Assembly (NCBI GenBank): GCA_937928555.1
Contig: CALFWR010000004.1
Location: 15,513-79,512, forward strand
DNA length: 64,000 nucleotides
DNA from: an uncultured Pirellulaceae bacterium
Lineage (GTDB): Bacteria > Planctomycetota > Planctomycetia > Pirellulales > Pirellulaceae
Direction: 5' to 3'
Shown one piece after another: positions 61,987 through 64,000 of this stretch (within the stretch, counting starts at the first letter, position 1; each line of letters starts with the position of its first letter). The translations under genes and the position numbers were made by a program. Below the pieces are notes generated by a model. The model did not search any database. It saw only the letters and a program-made list of their open reading frames with translations, and had not been told where the DNA came from.

Positions 61987-62246
61987 CTTAGCTTAGCTCA
62001 GGACAGGAAAGATGTCTGCATCGTAACTCTGCGGCCAAAAACGCCCAAGACGTTGGCTCGTCATCGGCTTATGTTTCAGCGTGTTAAATGTGCGAACAAA
62101 AGCGTGTCCGCCGCAGGAGTCGCCAGTTCGGGCGCGGCATGCTGGGTGGGTCGGTCCTTTCTGCCTAGACAAACTTCGACCGGACACCGTTACGCTTTCC
62201 TGATTCTCAACGATTCGATCACCCTTGTCGTTGTCCAGACCACCCA

Positions 62247-62435
62247 TCCCGGATTATTCACGACGACGGGCGTTGATTCTGCATCTGGCCAACAGGAGCA
62301 AGAGTAAAGCTGAATTTCAACGAGAAATGCGAATCATTCGGTAGATGAAAACCACAGCGATCGTTTCATCGCATCAGAGTCGCGGATCACTGTCGGAACT
62401 GATTCTGACGCCCACGCCTCGTGAATAGTCCGGGC
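62247..62435. mobile_element. 189-bp MITE, subfamily A
   Basis: Full terminal repeats; flanks CCA/CCT (imperfect duplication). Confidence 0.88.
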
Positions 62436-62559
62436 CCTTCTCAGGATCGGCTGGTAGCAGGTGCCCTCGCAAGTTGGTTGATCCGCTCGCGGCGGTAACC
62501 CGTTACGTTCGTCATTGCGTTGCGGGATACCCTGAGTTCAGCACTTCAAAGGCAGATTT

Positions 62560-63264
62560 ATGAGTTCAAAAAACTTTGTCATCGTAGGTGGCAGCAAGGG
62601 TATTGGCCTGGAAATCACTAAAAGGCTCTCTGGCCTGGGGCACAACGTGCTGGTGCTCAGTCGTACCGCCGAGCAGCTTGCTGGCATCGAACGTGCGGCG
62701 CACCAGACTTTCGACGCAACGGTTGACGAAATCGACCGATCGGCCCTGCCTGAATCGATTGACGGGCTCGCCTACTGCCCGGGAAGTATCAACTTGCGTT
62801 CCTTTCGTTCACTTAAACCCGAACTGTTCCGCGAAGATTTTGAGCTTAACGTGGTGGGTGCGATCAAGTGCATCCAGGCGTCTTTGCCGGCGCTCAAGAA
62901 GTCGCCGGGATCCTCAATCGTTCTGTTCAGCACCGTAGCTGTCGCATTGGGAATGCATGCCCACGCATCGATCGCCGCCAGCAAGGGGGCCGTCGAAGGC
63001 CTGGCCCGCACGCTCGCGGCAGAGCTTGCTCCCCACACGCGTGTCAACTGCATCGCACCGGCCCTGACAGACACGCCGCTCACGGAGCGATTTTTCTCCG
63101 ATCCCGAAAAAGCCAAATCGCTTGGCGAGATGTATCCGCTGCAGCGAACGGGAACGCCTCAGGATCTTGCTGCGATTGCAGAATTTCTGCTAGCCGGTGA
63201 AAGCACCTGGATAACAGGTCAGGTTTTGGGCGTTGACGGGGGCATGTCGGGTGTGAAAAAGTAG
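62560..63264 (+). CDS. Short-chain dehydrogenase/reductase
   Basis: IVGGSKGIG, SIVLFSTVA, IAASKGAVEGL, RVNCIAPALT.TPL, WITGQVLGVDGG. Catalytic YxxxK reads IAASK. Confidence 0.9.
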   Translation: MSSKNFVIVGGSKGIGLEITKRLSGLGHNVLVLSRTAEQLAGIERAAHQTFDATVDEIDRSALPESIDGLAYCPGSINLRSFRSLKPELFREDFELNVVGAIKCIQASLPALKKSPGSSIVLFSTVAVALGMHAHASIAASKGAVEGLARTLAAELAPHTRVNCIAPALTDTPLTERFFSDPEKAKSLGEMYPLQRTGTPQDLAAIAEFLLAGESTWITGQVLGVDGGMSGVKK

Positions 63265-63497
63265 ACTACTTGCCAGTCGAAGCAGGCCATGAAACCCTCT
63301 GGCAGGCCGTCAGACTGGCGTCACCGCCGAAAAGTTACATGAATTTTTGAAAGATCGCCGCATTTTCCGGAAATTTACATTTTCAGGGAACAAAACGAGT
63401 GACACTTCGTAACACGCAGCAACATTGCGACGATGCATCTCGTAAAACATAATGGTACCCGCATCTGCGGATCTGACTCCACCTCAGTTACTTCTGA

Positions 63498-64000
63498 ATG
63501 GAAAGCTCTGAACACAACCTGGCGACCCTCCCGGGTCGAAATCTCTCCGGACAAAAAGTCGGAGACTACTACCTCCTACGCCGTCTTGGCTCCGGGGGAA
63601 TGGCGGATGTCTACCTTGCCGTCCAGGAATCGCTCAAAAGAAACGTGGCGATCAAGATCCTCAAGCCACACCTTGCTGAAAACGTAGACTACGTCGAACG
63701 CTTTCAGCGAGAAGCCCAGGCAGCGGCGGCGCTGGTCCATGCCAACATTGTGCAGATCTTTGAAGTCGGACAATCTGGTGGCTGGCACTTCATCGCCCAA
63801 GAATACGTTCGCGGACGAAACCTCAAGCAGTACCTCGCCCGCTATGGGGCGGTACCTCCGGACATGGCGCTCAGTGTCCTGCGGCAATGCGCGATGGCCC
63901 TGCAAAAGGGAACCGAACACGATGTCGTTCACCGTGACATCAAACCGGACAACATCATGCTTACCGCCAACGGTGAAATCAAAGTCACCGACTTTGGTCT
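63498..64000 (+). CDS. Hanks-type Ser/Thr protein kinase (3' partial)
   Basis: Manual translation: LGSGGMADVY, VAIK, RFQREAQAAAALVHANIVQIF, VHRDIKPDNIML, KVTDFG. Absent from the track because it runs off the window. Confidence 0.93.
   Translation, partial: MESSEHNLATLPGRNLSGQKVGDYYLLRRLGSGGMADVYLAVQESLKRNVAIKILKPHLAENVDYVERFQREAQAAAALVHANIVQIFEVGQSGGWHFIAQEYVRGRNLKQYLARYGAVPPDMALSVLRQCAMALQKGTEHDVVHRDIKPDNIMLTANGEIKVTDFG

Overview
Planctomycete-type (Pirellulales-like) chromosomal segment. It is mostly housekeeping genes: polA, coaE, a Rho-like gene, ribH, nusB, ftsY, a second type IIA topoisomerase pair, mdh, prlC, cmoA/cmoB, tRNA-His, mutL and aroDE. These are mixed with typical planctomycete secreted or accessory genes: a giant RTX-repeat protein, a DUF1553/DUF1501 pair, DUF1570, SHD1, PEP-CTERM and an FG-GAP/ASPIC protein. 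The intergenic space holds at least four repeat families: (1) a 189-bp MITE with 3-bp target duplications, seen as about 12 full or partial copies; (2) a CCCTCCC palindrome family bracketing a DUF559 nuclease; (3) heptamer arrays bracketing a four-helix-bundle gene; (4) a GTAG-type REP tandem. The top candidate for undescribed biology is an in-frame TGA at 61330-61332 followed by an fdhF-like SECIS hairpin. Readthrough would join two ORFs into one FG-GAP/ASPIC-UnbV lipoprotein with a U-S-C motif. Other notable items are the repeat-flanked DUF559 and four-helix-bundle cassettes, and a Rho homologue lacking key catalytic residues. All family assignments come from motif recognition by eye; no database searches were run.
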